Notes under the pieces: model-generated
Told to the model about the DNA's origin: nothing
Databases searched by the model: none
Seen by the model: only the letters and a program-made list of their open reading frames with translations
Assembly (NCBI GenBank): GCA_902523535.1
Contig: CABYZQ010000003.1
Coordinates: 19,514-83,513 of the forward strand
Source: an uncultured Pelagibacteraceae bacterium
GTDB taxonomy: Bacteria; Pseudomonadota; Alphaproteobacteria; Pelagibacterales; AG-422-B15
Direction: 5' to 3'
Length of the DNA: 64,000 nucleotides
Shown here: positions 32,974 to 42,948 of the stretch, one piece after another
Layout: each line of letters opens with the position of its first letter
Numbering within the stretch: position 1 is the first letter of the stretch
Translations under genes and position numbers: made by a program

Positions 32974-33654
32974 ATGACAGTTAACCCATTCAATCTTCAC
33001 TGGGAGATAAACGGACACTTTCTACTTAATTGTAATTGTGATGTTTTTTGTAATTGTCCAGTTTCTCTTGGTCGAGCAATTCCAAATTCAGCTAATGGAA
33101 AATGTTTTTCTTGGTGGGGTATAATTATTGAAGATGGCTATGCTGAGGAAAAATGGGCAGGATTTAATCCACTTAAAAAAGAAGCAAAAGGAATAATTGA
33201 TCTCAGTGGCTTAAATGTTGCTATTTTATTAGAAGTACCAGGTCCATTATCTATGGGCGGTTGGACAGCAGGTCTATACATTGATGAAAAAGCATCCCAA
33301 GATGCAGCAGATGCTTTATTAAAAATATTTTCTGGTAACGCCGGAGGTCAAACTGGTTGGTTCTCCTCAATGATCTCAAATTTTCTAGGGGTAAAAAGAT
33401 GTTCAATTACATATAAAGAAACTGAAACAGGTTGGACTTATACTATCCCTGAGATTTTAGATGGAAGAATTGAAAAAGAGCCAGGTAAAAATAGAGGTGA
33501 AGAAGTAAAGGTTTCTAATCTCAAATATTGGGTTGCCCCTGAAATAATTGTTGGCCGTGGGGGTAGAAAAAGTAAAATTAAAGATCATGGTCGCAATTGG
33601 GACTTCACTAATGGAAGTGCAGAATACTGTGCAGTTAAGTGGTCAGGTCCTTAA
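32974..33654 (+). CDS. DUF1326-family Cys-rich protein
   Basis: N-terminal W.I.G..LLNCNCDVFCNCPVSLG....NGKC pattern characteristic of DUF1326. Commonly adjacent to DUF2182 genes. Confidence 0.7.
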   Translation: MTVNPFNLHWEINGHFLLNCNCDVFCNCPVSLGRAIPNSANGKCFSWWGIIIEDGYAEEKWAGFNPLKKEAKGIIDLSGLNVAILLEVPGPLSMGGWTAGLYIDEKASQDAADALLKIFSGNAGGQTGWFSSMISNFLGVKRCSITYKETETGWTYTIPEILDGRIEKEPGKNRGEEVKVSNLKYWVAPEIIVGRGGRKSKIKDHGRNWDFTNGSAEYCAVKWSGP

Positions 33655-33673
33655 AAACTAAAAAAGGAATTTT

Positions 33674-36109
33674 GTGAAATCGAAAGCTAAAGTTGTCGTA
33701 ATTGGCGGTGGAGTTGTGGGTGTTAGCACTCTCTATCATCTTGCAAAAAAAGGTTGGTCTGATGTAGTGCTGTGTGAGCGCAAAGAGCTCACATCAGGTT
33801 CTACATGGCATGCAGCTGGACTTATGCCTTTGTTTAATATGAGTTATTCTGTAGGCCAAATACACAAATATTCAGTTAAATTTTATCAAGAGCTTGAAAA
33901 AGAAACAGGACAAGATGTTGGTTTCAGAGAGGTTAGCAATATACGACTGGCTGAAAACCAAGATCGCATGGACGAATATAGGCAATATGCAGGTGTTGCT
34001 GAAACTATTGGTGTTAAAGTTAATTTTCTTACACCTGAAGAAATTCAAAAAGCGTGGCCACTGTGTTCAATTGATGGACTAGTTGGAGCTATACAGCACC
34101 CTGAAGACGGCTATATACAGCCAAATGATTTAACTCAAGCCTTAGCCAAAGGTGCAAGAGCTCTTGGAGCTGAAATTTATAGACAAACTGCAGTAACCGC
34201 TCTGGAACAATTACCTGACGATAGTTGGATTGTGACAACTGACAAGGGTGAGATTAAGTGTGATGTTGTCGTTTCATGTTCTGGTAATTTCGTAAGGCAA
34301 ACAGGTGAGATGGTAGGCTTGGATATACCCGTAATCCCTGTTGAGCATCAATATATTGTAACAGAAGCGCATCCAAAAATTCTAGAAAGACAAAAAGAAG
34401 GCCTTCCAGAAATGGGGGTATTAAGAGGTTCTGATGGTGCCTGGTATATGCGAGAAGAGGCGGGAGGCCTTATCTTGGGGCCATATGAAAAAGGAGCTCC
34501 AGCTTGTTATGTAGATGGCCCCAGTAAAGATTGTGAATACGAATTATTTCAAGAGGATTTAGATCGACTTGGCCCACACATTGAACACGCAATAAATCGA
34601 GTACCAATTTTTGGAGAGGCTGGAATTAAAAAGGTGTACAACGGAGCAATTTGTTATACGCCAGATGGTAGTCCGATTATAGGTCCGGCATGGGATAGAA
34701 AAAACCTTTATCTCAATGACGGTCATTCATTTGGTGTAACTGCTGCAGGGGGTGCAGGATGGCAGATTGCAGAGTGGATTGTAGACGGCGAACCCACAAT
34801 TGACATGCTTGGAGTAGAACCAAGAAGATTTGGTGATTATGCTTCAAAATCATATTTAATTAAAAAAAATGAAGAGGCCTATGCTAATGTTTTTACAATA
34901 CATTACCCAGATGAAGAAAGAGAAGCTGGGAGACCTCTTAGACAAGCCCCATGCTACGATCGGTTAAAAAATCTTGGTGCTGTGTTTGGTCAAAAATTTG
35001 GCTGGGAAAGAGCGAACTGGTTTGCACCTGAGGGAGTTCCCCAAGAAGATGATTGGTCCTTTAGACGCTCAGCATGGTTTGAACATATAGGTAATGAATG
35101 TAAGAATGTTTCAGAAAACGTTGGATTGCTTGATATGAGTGCATTTGCAAAGTGTAGAATAAGTGGACCAGGAGCAGAAGAGTTTCTCGATAATTTAGTT
35201 GCTAATAAGCTTCCTAAAAAAATTGGTAGAACAAACTTATGCCACGCCTTAAATACAAAAGGTGGAGTTCATTCAGAATTTACAATTATGAGAGAGTCTG
35301 CAGATAGCTTTTACTGTGTTTCAGCAGGTGCATGGCAAAGGTTAGATCATGACTGGGTAAAAAAACATATGCCAGAAGATAGAAGTGTTAAATTTGAAAA
35401 TATTACTAATCAAATGGGTGTATTAGTTTTAGCAGGTCCTAAGTCTAGAGAGTTATTAGAGCGAGTTTCCTCCGATGATTTCAGTAATGAAGCTTTTCCT
35501 TGGTTATCAGGTAAAAATATTAAAATTGGCAGCGCTGAAACATTGGCGATCAGAGTTAATTTTGTGGGCGAACTTGGATGGGAAATACATTCGCCTATTG
35601 AAGTTCAAAATCATATTTTTGACGCCTTAATGGATGCAGGAAAAGACCTGGGATTGAAACCTTTTGGAATTAGAGCCATGGACTCATTAAGATTAGAAAA
35701 ATCTTATAAGCTAATTGGAACAGAGCTATCAATTGAGTATGCTGGATACGAATCAGGCATTGATCGATTTATTCACCCAAATAAAGGCCAATTCATTGGA
35801 AGAGATGCGCTTGTTCAATGGAGGGAAAAAGGTTTTGAAAATTCTTTTGTCACATTAGAAGTGCATGGAGTTTCTGATGCTGATGTTTTAGGCAACAATC
35901 CTATCTACAGTAATGGAAAAGTTGTAGGTAGAGCGACAGGTGGCAATTATGGATTTAGAGTAAACAAATCACTTGCCCTAGCAATGGTCAATCCGGCTCA
36001 GTCAGAAGTTGGTACAAAATTACAAATTGATATTCTAGGCAATATGCATGATGTAACAGTTATACCAGAGAGTCCGTATGACCCCAAAAATGAAAAAATA
36101 AGAGCTTAA
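33674..36109 (+). CDS. dmgdh: dimethylglycine dehydrogenase (DMGDH/SARDH family: FAD oxidase domain plus GcvT-like THF domain)
   Basis: 811 aa. VVIGGGVVGVSTLYHLAK, ELTSGSTWHAAGL, a C-terminal GcvT fold (ISGPGAEEFL, VNFVGELGWEI). GTG start. Confidence 0.88.
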   Translation: MKSKAKVVVIGGGVVGVSTLYHLAKKGWSDVVLCERKELTSGSTWHAAGLMPLFNMSYSVGQIHKYSVKFYQELEKETGQDVGFREVSNIRLAENQDRMDEYRQYAGVAETIGVKVNFLTPEEIQKAWPLCSIDGLVGAIQHPEDGYIQPNDLTQALAKGARALGAEIYRQTAVTALEQLPDDSWIVTTDKGEIKCDVVVSCSGNFVRQTGEMVGLDIPVIPVEHQYIVTEAHPKILERQKEGLPEMGVLRGSDGAWYMREEAGGLILGPYEKGAPACYVDGPSKDCEYELFQEDLDRLGPHIEHAINRVPIFGEAGIKKVYNGAICYTPDGSPIIGPAWDRKNLYLNDGHSFGVTAAGGAGWQIAEWIVDGEPTIDMLGVEPRRFGDYASKSYLIKKNEEAYANVFTIHYPDEEREAGRPLRQAPCYDRLKNLGAVFGQKFGWERANWFAPEGVPQEDDWSFRRSAWFEHIGNECKNVSENVGLLDMSAFAKCRISGPGAEEFLDNLVANKLPKKIGRTNLCHALNTKGGVHSEFTIMRESADSFYCVSAGAWQRLDHDWVKKHMPEDRSVKFENITNQMGVLVLAGPKSRELLERVSSDDFSNEAFPWLSGKNIKIGSAETLAIRVNFVGELGWEIHSPIEVQNHIFDALMDAGKDLGLKPFGIRAMDSLRLEKSYKLIGTELSIEYAGYESGIDRFIHPNKGQFIGRDALVQWREKGFENSFVTLEVHGVSDADVLGNNPIYSNGKVVGRATGGNYGFRVNKSLALAMVNPAQSEVGTKLQIDILGNMHDVTVIPESPYDPKNEKIRA

Positions 36110-36120
36110 ATAAATATTTT

Positions 36121-37173
36121 GTGTCTAGTGCAATCACACTTTACAAGAAAATTTGTTCGGAAGAGCAAGTAAAATATAATCATAAACAAGAACTCTTAAT
36201 TTTCCAGCTTGATGAGTTCCTAAGTCACAAGAAAAAGAATTTTATTTTTAAGATATTCGAAACATCGAATAGCAGAAAAAAGAAATGCTTTTATATTCAT
36301 GGAGGTGTCGGCGTTGGCAAGACTCTTATTATGGATTTATTTAATGGTATTGTAAAAAATAAACAAAGAATTCATTTTCATAAATTTATGATTGAAATTC
36401 ATGATGAATTGCATTCTTTAAGAAGCCAAAATAAGTCAAAAGAGTTTTTAATAGTCCAGCTCGCAAAAAAAATTAAAGAAAAATACAGATTTATTTTTTT
36501 TGATGAATTTCAAGTAACCAATATTGCTGATGCCATGATACTTGGACATTTATTTAATGAATTATTTAAAAACAACGTTTACATAATACTAACATCAAAT
36601 AACAAGCCTGAAGATTTATATAAAGATGGTTTACAAAGAGAGTTGTTTCTTCCTTTCATTGAAATAGTAAAAGAGAATTCAATTATTCATCATTTAGATA
36701 TAGAAACAGATTACAGAACAGAAAATCTAAATAGTCGAGAGACCTTTTTTATTTCTAATTCTTCAGTCAGTAGTCTTAAAATAAAAGATATATATGAAAA
36801 AATTATAGAAGGTCACATACCAAAGGATGAAACTATATCGATAAAAAAAAGAGACTTTGTCATAAGAAAACTAGCAAATCGTGTTGCTTGGTTTCAGTTT
36901 GAGCAACTTTGTGGAGGTCATATTGGTGCCGAGGACTACCTTGAGATGATTAAGTATACAGATCAAATTATCATTGAGAATGTGCCAACTTTTAATAATG
37001 CAAACGCAAATATGCAAGAGAGATTTATTAACCTGATTGATGTACTTTATGATAATAAGATTCAAATCATTATTAGTTCTGTTAGAGAAATTGAAAAGTT
37101 AGGAAGCGCGTTCTACCTTAAAGATAAATTTCAAAGAACAGTAAGTAGATTAATTGAAATGAGATCTAAGTAG
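36121..37173 (+). CDS. zapE: AFG1/ZapE-family ATPase
   Basis: Walker A YIHGGVGVGKT, Walker B IFFDEFQV, and ILTSN plus PEDLY motifs of the AFG1 family. Confidence 0.85.
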   Translation: MSSAITLYKKICSEEQVKYNHKQELLIFQLDEFLSHKKKNFIFKIFETSNSRKKKCFYIHGGVGVGKTLIMDLFNGIVKNKQRIHFHKFMIEIHDELHSLRSQNKSKEFLIVQLAKKIKEKYRFIFFDEFQVTNIADAMILGHLFNELFKNNVYIILTSNNKPEDLYKDGLQRELFLPFIEIVKENSIIHHLDIETDYRTENLNSRETFFISNSSVSSLKIKDIYEKIIEGHIPKDETISIKKRDFVIRKLANRVAWFQFEQLCGGHIGAEDYLEMIKYTDQIIIENVPTFNNANANMQERFINLIDVLYDNKIQIIISSVREIEKLGSAFYLKDKFQRTVSRLIEMRSK

Positions 37174-37187
37174 AAATAAATTTTTAT

Positions 37188-38417
37188 ATGAAGATAGCAG
37201 TTATAGGCGCAGGAATTGTAGGTATTTCTTCTGCCAATTGGTTACAGAAATATGGACAAGATGTTACATTATTTGACATGAACGACCCCGGTAGCCAAGC
37301 AAGCTTCGGGAATGCAGGAACCTATGCGAGGTATGCAAATATTCCTACTAACTCCTCATCATTTTTTTATCTTTTTCCATACCTTCTTTTAAATAAAAAC
37401 AGTCCTCTTTTTATAAGATTTAAAAGGCTTAACAAGACTTTGCCTTGGATCCTAAATTATTTATACAACTGTAGAAATAGTAATGTAAATACGACAACAA
37501 ATAATTTAACAAAGCTTCTTTCTAAAATGGATGATGGATATGAAGAATTGTTTAAAGAGGCTGGCGTTGAACCCTATTTGTCAAGAAAAGCTGTTATGTA
37601 CGGATGGTCAACAAAGTTATTTTTTAATTCAGCAAAAAAAGATTTTAGCAAACGTGAACAAACTGGAATAAAGATACAAGTACTTAGTCATGACGAGATC
37701 TCAGATTTAGAGCCAAATATAAATAATATATTTTATAAAGGTGCATTGTTTGAGGGAAGTTATTTTGCTAAAAATCCAAAGAAAGTGAGTCAGTTATTAA
37801 TTAATTTATTTGTAAACAAGGGAGGGATTTTCAAAAAAGAAAAAGTAACAAATATTGAAAATCTTGAAAAAAGTAAATTACAAATAACTACAGGCAGTAC
37901 AAGCGAAGTATTTGATAGAGTTATTATTGCCTCTGGGGTATGGTCAAAAAGTTTGGTAGAAGCAACGGGTGACAAAGTGCCACTGGAAGCTGAGCGCGGC
38001 TATCACATTGTCAACCCTGATCTTAAGGATGTTATTTCACGTCCTATTTCTTGGCAAGAAAGAGGAACGTATTTTACACCTATGGAAGATGGACTCAGAA
38101 CTGGAGGAATAGTCGAATTTGGCGATACAGATTATGAAGAAAACCCTAAGGTTATTAATTTTCTAGAAAGGGCGCTTAAATCAATATTCCCTCAGTCTAA
38201 TCGTCCTACGCAATCCTGGGTTGGCTTTAGACCTTCTGTTCCAGATTCGCTTCCAGTTATTGGACAATCTTCAAAAAACCCTTATATTTATTATTGTTTT
38301 GGTCATCAGCACATTGGATGGTCATTAGGAGGTATATCAGGAAAACTGATTGCCCAAAAAATTTGTGCAAATAAAACTGATATTGATTTGGCGCCTTACT
38401 CGTTGGAGAGACTTTAA
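37188..38417 (+). CDS. FAD-dependent oxidoreductase, DadA/DAO-like
   Basis: KIAVIGAGIVGISSANWL dinucleotide fold, GFRPSVPDSLPVIG, and GHQHIGWSLG near the C-terminus (DAO family). Confidence 0.8.
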   Translation: MKIAVIGAGIVGISSANWLQKYGQDVTLFDMNDPGSQASFGNAGTYARYANIPTNSSSFFYLFPYLLLNKNSPLFIRFKRLNKTLPWILNYLYNCRNSNVNTTTNNLTKLLSKMDDGYEELFKEAGVEPYLSRKAVMYGWSTKLFFNSAKKDFSKREQTGIKIQVLSHDEISDLEPNINNIFYKGALFEGSYFAKNPKKVSQLLINLFVNKGGIFKKEKVTNIENLEKSKLQITTGSTSEVFDRVIIASGVWSKSLVEATGDKVPLEAERGYHIVNPDLKDVISRPISWQERGTYFTPMEDGLRTGGIVEFGDTDYEENPKVINFLERALKSIFPQSNRPTQSWVGFRPSVPDSLPVIGQSSKNPYIYYCFGHQHIGWSLGGISGKLIAQKICANKTDIDLAPYSLERL

Positions 38418-38419
38418 AT

Positions 38420-39661
38420 ATGAAATATTCTTTTTATAATTTAGTTCGTAACTCATTTTCATATCATGAAAATTGGGAAAAAGCATGGAGTAGTCCAGAG
38501 CTTAAACCCGAGTATGATGTCATTATTGTAGGTGGAGGAGGCCATGGACTTGGTACAGCTTATTACTTAGCTAAAGAATTTGGTGTAAAAAATATTGCTG
38601 TTCTAGAAAAAGGTTGGATCGGTGGTGGCAATACAGGTCGAAATACGACAATTATTCGCTCTAACTATTTATGGGATGAAAGTGCAGCACTTTATAATCA
38701 TGCAGTTAATTTGTGGGAAGGTCTTTCAAGTGAATTAAATTTTAATGTAATGTTTTCTCAACGCGGACTATTCCACTTAGCTCATTCAGTTCACGACATG
38801 CAAGAAATCACAAGAAGAGGGTATTCAAATTACTTGAATGGAATAGATGCTGAGATTTTGAACCAAGAGCAAGTTGCAAAAAAAATTCCCCATATGAATA
38901 TGCATGGAAGGTATCCTGTATTGGGTGCATTGCTTCAAAGACGTGCCGGTACCGCAAGACACGATGCTGTTGCTTGGGGATACGCAAGGGCTGCTGAGAA
39001 TCTAGGGGTTGATATAATTCAAAACTGTGAGGTGAAAGGAATTGATATTTCAAATGGCAAGGTTGTCGGGCTTCAAACAACAAAAGGTTCAGTGAAGGTT
39101 GATAAGGTTGGATTAGTACCTGCTGGACATTCATCTGTGTTGGCCGACATGGCAGGCTTTACTTTGCCTATTAATTCAGTGCCACTTCAAGCACTTGTAA
39201 GCGAGCCGATAAAGCCAATTTTAGATTGTGTCATCATGTCAAACTCCGTGCATGTTTACGTAAGTCAGTCTGATAAGGGTGAATTGGTTGTCGGTGCAGG
39301 TTCTGATGCATATAACTCGTATTCTCAAAGAGGTTCATTTGATATGATTGAACATATGATGGCCCCATTAGTTGAACTGTTTCCAATATTTTCACGACTA
39401 AAAATGCTAAGAAGCTGGGGAGGCATTGTAGATGTAACACCTGACCGAAGTCCAATAATTGGAAAAACTCCGGTTAAAGATTTATTTATTAATTGCGGTT
39501 GGGGCACAGGTGGATTTAAAGCCACCCCAGGATCAGCTCATGTATTTGCGGAAACAGTCGCAAAAGGCGAACCTAACGATATTGCTGCTCCATTTTCATT
39601 AGACAGACATTACTCTGGCGCTTTAGTAGACGAAGCCGCAGCAGCAGCTGTAGCTCACTAA
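38420..39661 (+). CDS. soxB: sarcosine oxidase subunit beta
   Basis: YDVIIVGGGGHGLGTAYYLAKE.GVKNIAVLEKGWIGGGNTGRNTTIIRSNY is canonical SoxB. Confidence 0.93.
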   Translation: MKYSFYNLVRNSFSYHENWEKAWSSPELKPEYDVIIVGGGGHGLGTAYYLAKEFGVKNIAVLEKGWIGGGNTGRNTTIIRSNYLWDESAALYNHAVNLWEGLSSELNFNVMFSQRGLFHLAHSVHDMQEITRRGYSNYLNGIDAEILNQEQVAKKIPHMNMHGRYPVLGALLQRRAGTARHDAVAWGYARAAENLGVDIIQNCEVKGIDISNGKVVGLQTTKGSVKVDKVGLVPAGHSSVLADMAGFTLPINSVPLQALVSEPIKPILDCVIMSNSVHVYVSQSDKGELVVGAGSDAYNSYSQRGSFDMIEHMMAPLVELFPIFSRLKMLRSWGGIVDVTPDRSPIIGKTPVKDLFINCGWGTGGFKATPGSAHVFAETVAKGEPNDIAAPFSLDRHYSGALVDEAAAAAVAH

Positions 39662-39665
39662 TTGT

Positions 39666-39950
39666 ATGTTTGTTATTAAATGTCCATACTGTGGCGAGAG
39701 AGATCAAACTGAATTTTCATGTCATGGTGAAGCGCATATAGCTAGACCAGATAATCCTGCAGAAGTAAGTGATGAGGAATGGGGAGAGTACCTTTTTTTT
39801 AGGAATAATCCAAAAGGAATACATTTCGAAAGGTGGACACATGATCATGGTTGTAGACGATGGTTCAATGTTATGAGAGATACAGTTAGCGATAAAATAA
39901 TAAGGACATACAGGATGGGTGATCAAAAACCAGGAGTTCAAGATGTCTAA
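39666..39950 (+). CDS. soxD: sarcosine oxidase subunit delta
   Basis: 94 aa. MFVIKCPYCGERDQTEFSCHGEAHIARP and ERWTHDHGCRRWFN Zn-ribbon pattern. Confidence 0.92.
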   Translation: MFVIKCPYCGERDQTEFSCHGEAHIARPDNPAEVSDEEWGEYLFFRNNPKGIHFERWTHDHGCRRWFNVMRDTVSDKIIRTYRMGDQKPGVQDV

Positions 39951-42948
39951 TCAAAATAGAACAATATTCGGTGGTCGAATTGATCGTGGCCAAGTCATCA
40001 ATTTTGTTTTTAATGGAAAAAACTATAAAGGCTTTCATGGTGATACTTTAGCATCAGCGTTACTTGCCAATGATGTTCATTTAGTTGGGAGAAGTTTTAA
40101 ATATCATCGTGCCCGAGGAATCCTAACTGCAGGATCTGAAGAGCCTAATGCAATAGTTCAGTTAGGTTTAGGCGCAAGAACAGAGCCAAATATGAGAGCG
40201 ACAGAAATTGAGCTATACGAAGGTCTCGAAGCAGCTAGTCAGAATTGTTGGCCATCTGTAAATTATGATGTTGGTTCATTAAATAATATTTTATCAAGTA
40301 TATTTCCTGCTGGTTTCTACTACAAAACATTTAAGTGGCCACCAAGTTTGTGGTTATTCTATGAACACTTTATTAGAAAAGCAGCTGGACTAGGGTACTC
40401 GCCAACTGCTAAAAACCCTGACCGTTACGAGCAAAAGTTTTATTATTGTGATTTGACAATCGTAGGTGGAGGAATATCAGGCTTGCTATCTGCACTTGCT
40501 GCAGGTCGCTCAGGATGTAGCGTATTACTAATTGATGAAAATCCTGAACTTGGAGGGTACTTATTAGATTATAATTTTTCAATTAATGAAAAAGATGGTC
40601 TTAAATGGATCAAGAATATAGTCGATGAATTGTACTCAATGGATAATGTTCGTATCTTAAAACGGACTACTGCAATGGGATACTATGATTATAATTATCT
40701 TACAGCGTTAGAGAAAGTAACTAATCACTGCGATCAACTATCAAAAACCACACCGCGAGAAAGATATTGGAGAGTAAGATCAAAAAAAATTGTATTAGCA
40801 CAAGGCGCTTTTGAAAGACCTCTAGTTTTTGCTGATAATGATAGGCCTGGAATAATGATGGCATCCGCTGGAAAGAAGTACTTATCAAGATATGGCGTTC
40901 TGCCAGGTAAATCAGTAGTTTTATTCACAAATAATGATCATGCCTATCAAACAGCATTCGAGTTTAATGATAAAGGTGCGAAGATATCAGTTATTGATAC
41001 TAGAGAGAATATTGACATAAGAATTCAAAATAAATGTGAAGTTCTTGGAATAAAATTATATTCATCTTTTTCAATAATCTCTACAAAAGGAAACAAAAAG
41101 GTAAATCAAATAGAAATTCAGAAAGTTGATAGAAAACAAAATGAACTGTCTGGTGAATGTATAACCTTAGATGTTGATTGTATTTTAATGTCAGGTGGAT
41201 GGAATCCAGCTGTTCAATTGTTTAGTCAATCAAGAGGGAAATTAAAATACGATAAAGTATTAAATACCTTCGTTCCTGATAAACTAATTCAAGATCAAAT
41301 AATTATAGGATGTAACAATGGATGTTTTGATCTGTCAAAAAACTTGAATCATTCTTATCAGGAGGGCCTTAATGCAGCTAAAGATTTAAACTATGAAGTT
41401 GCAGATAATATTAATTGGAAAGGTGAGGAGGAAATTTCCTTTACTGAGTCATCAGTCGAGCCTTATATGCTTGGTAAGAAAAAGGTTACAAAGGGTTCAA
41501 AGCATTTTATCGATTTTCAAAATGATGTCACGGCTGCCGATATTTTCTTAGCACAAAGAGAAGGGTATATCAGTGTCGAGCATACTAAAAGATATACAAC
41601 TACTGGAATGGGAACCGATCAAGGCAAAACTTCAAATGTAAATGCACTAGCATTGATGTCTCATATTCACGAAAAACCGGTAGATGAAATAGGGCATACA
41701 ACATTTAGACCTCCTTTTTCACCTCAAACTTTTGGAGCAATTGCGGGAAGAAGTGTCGATCATTTATTTGATCCTGAAAGGAGAACTTCAATTCATAAAT
41801 GGCATGAAGAGAATAATGCTGTTTTTGAGGATGTAGGTCAGTGGAAAAGACCTTATTATTTCCCCAAAAAGAATGAAAATATTCATGATGCAGTAAAGAG
41901 AGAATGTCTAGCGGTAAGGAATAGTCTTGGAATGCTTGATGCATCCACACTAGGTAAAATTGACTTAAGAGGGCCGGATACGGCAAAATTTTTAAACATG
42001 ATCTACACAAATGCCTGGTCAAAACTAGAAATCGGCTCATGCAGGTATGGATTAATGTGCAATGAGCATGGAATGATTTTTGATGACGGGGTAACAACGA
42101 GATTAGGTGATGATCACTATCATATGACGACTACGACTGGTGGGGCAGCAAGGGTGATGTCATGGCTAGAAGAATTTCTTCAAACAGAATGGTTAGACAT
42201 GGAGGTTTTTTGTACATCAGTTACTGAGCAATGGACTGTTCTTTCAATTTCTGGCCCCAATTCAAGAAAATTTCTTCAGGAATTAACAGACATTGATCTA
42301 TCAAAAGAAAATTTTCCTTTTATGAAATTTAGAGAGGGAAAAGTGTGCGGCATAGATTCAAGGGTCTTTAGAATAAGTTTCACTGGCGAATTGAGTTTTG
42401 AGGTCAATGTACCTTCCCGATACGGTAGATTTGTCTGGGAGCAGTTTATGCACCACGGTAAAAAATACAACATAACACCATACGGCACTGAAACGATGCA
42501 TGTTCTCAGGGCTGAAAAAGGATTTATTATTGTGGGACAAGATACTGATGGAAGCGTTACTCCTATGGATATGAACATGGACTGGATAGTATCTAAAAAG
42601 AAACAAGATTTTTTAGGAAAACGATCATTCACACGATCAGATACTTTGCGATCTGATAGAAAAAAATTTGTAGGACTTCTTGTGAATGACAAGAAAACAG
42701 TTTTACCTGAGGGGTCGCATATCGTAGAAAAAGCACTTAAACAACCGCCAATGAAGATGCTTGGCCATGTAACATCAAGTTACTATAGCCCGATCTTGGG
42801 TCACCCTATAGCATTGGCAATGATTAAAAATGGTATGAATCTTCTTGGTGAAAAAGTCGAAATTCCTCTAATGAATGGCAAGGTTATAGAAGCAACAATC
42901 TCTGACACAGTTTTTTATGATAAGGAGGGCAATAAAAATAATGAATAA
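39943..42948 (+). CDS. soxA: sarcosine oxidase subunit alpha
   Basis: N-terminal 2Fe-2S-like fold (F.F.GK.Y.GF.GDTLASALLAN), a dinucleotide fold (IVGGGISGL), and a C-terminal GcvT/THF domain (ISGPNSRKFL, ISFTGELSFEVN). I place the start at ATG 39943 (ATGTCTAA overlap with the soxD stop). Confidence 0.92.
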   Translation: MSNQNRTIFGGRIDRGQVINFVFNGKNYKGFHGDTLASALLANDVHLVGRSFKYHRARGILTAGSEEPNAIVQLGLGARTEPNMRATEIELYEGLEAASQNCWPSVNYDVGSLNNILSSIFPAGFYYKTFKWPPSLWLFYEHFIRKAAGLGYSPTAKNPDRYEQKFYYCDLTIVGGGISGLLSALAAGRSGCSVLLIDENPELGGYLLDYNFSINEKDGLKWIKNIVDELYSMDNVRILKRTTAMGYYDYNYLTALEKVTNHCDQLSKTTPRERYWRVRSKKIVLAQGAFERPLVFADNDRPGIMMASAGKKYLSRYGVLPGKSVVLFTNNDHAYQTAFEFNDKGAKISVIDTRENIDIRIQNKCEVLGIKLYSSFSIISTKGNKKVNQIEIQKVDRKQNELSGECITLDVDCILMSGGWNPAVQLFSQSRGKLKYDKVLNTFVPDKLIQDQIIIGCNNGCFDLSKNLNHSYQEGLNAAKDLNYEVADNINWKGEEEISFTESSVEPYMLGKKKVTKGSKHFIDFQNDVTAADIFLAQREGYISVEHTKRYTTTGMGTDQGKTSNVNALALMSHIHEKPVDEIGHTTFRPPFSPQTFGAIAGRSVDHLFDPERRTSIHKWHEENNAVFEDVGQWKRPYYFPKKNENIHDAVKRECLAVRNSLGMLDASTLGKIDLRGPDTAKFLNMIYTNAWSKLEIGSCRYGLMCNEHGMIFDDGVTTRLGDDHYHMTTTTGGAARVMSWLEEFLQTEWLDMEVFCTSVTEQWTVLSISGPNSRKFLQELTDIDLSKENFPFMKFREGKVCGIDSRVFRISFTGELSFEVNVPSRYGRFVWEQFMHHGKKYNITPYGTETMHVLRAEKGFIIVGQDTDGSVTPMDMNMDWIVSKKKQDFLGKRSFTRSDTLRSDRKKFVGLLVNDKKTVLPEGSHIVEKALKQPPMKMLGHVTSSYYSPILGHPIALAMIKNGMNLLGEKVEIPLMNGKVIEATISDTVFYDKEGNKNNE

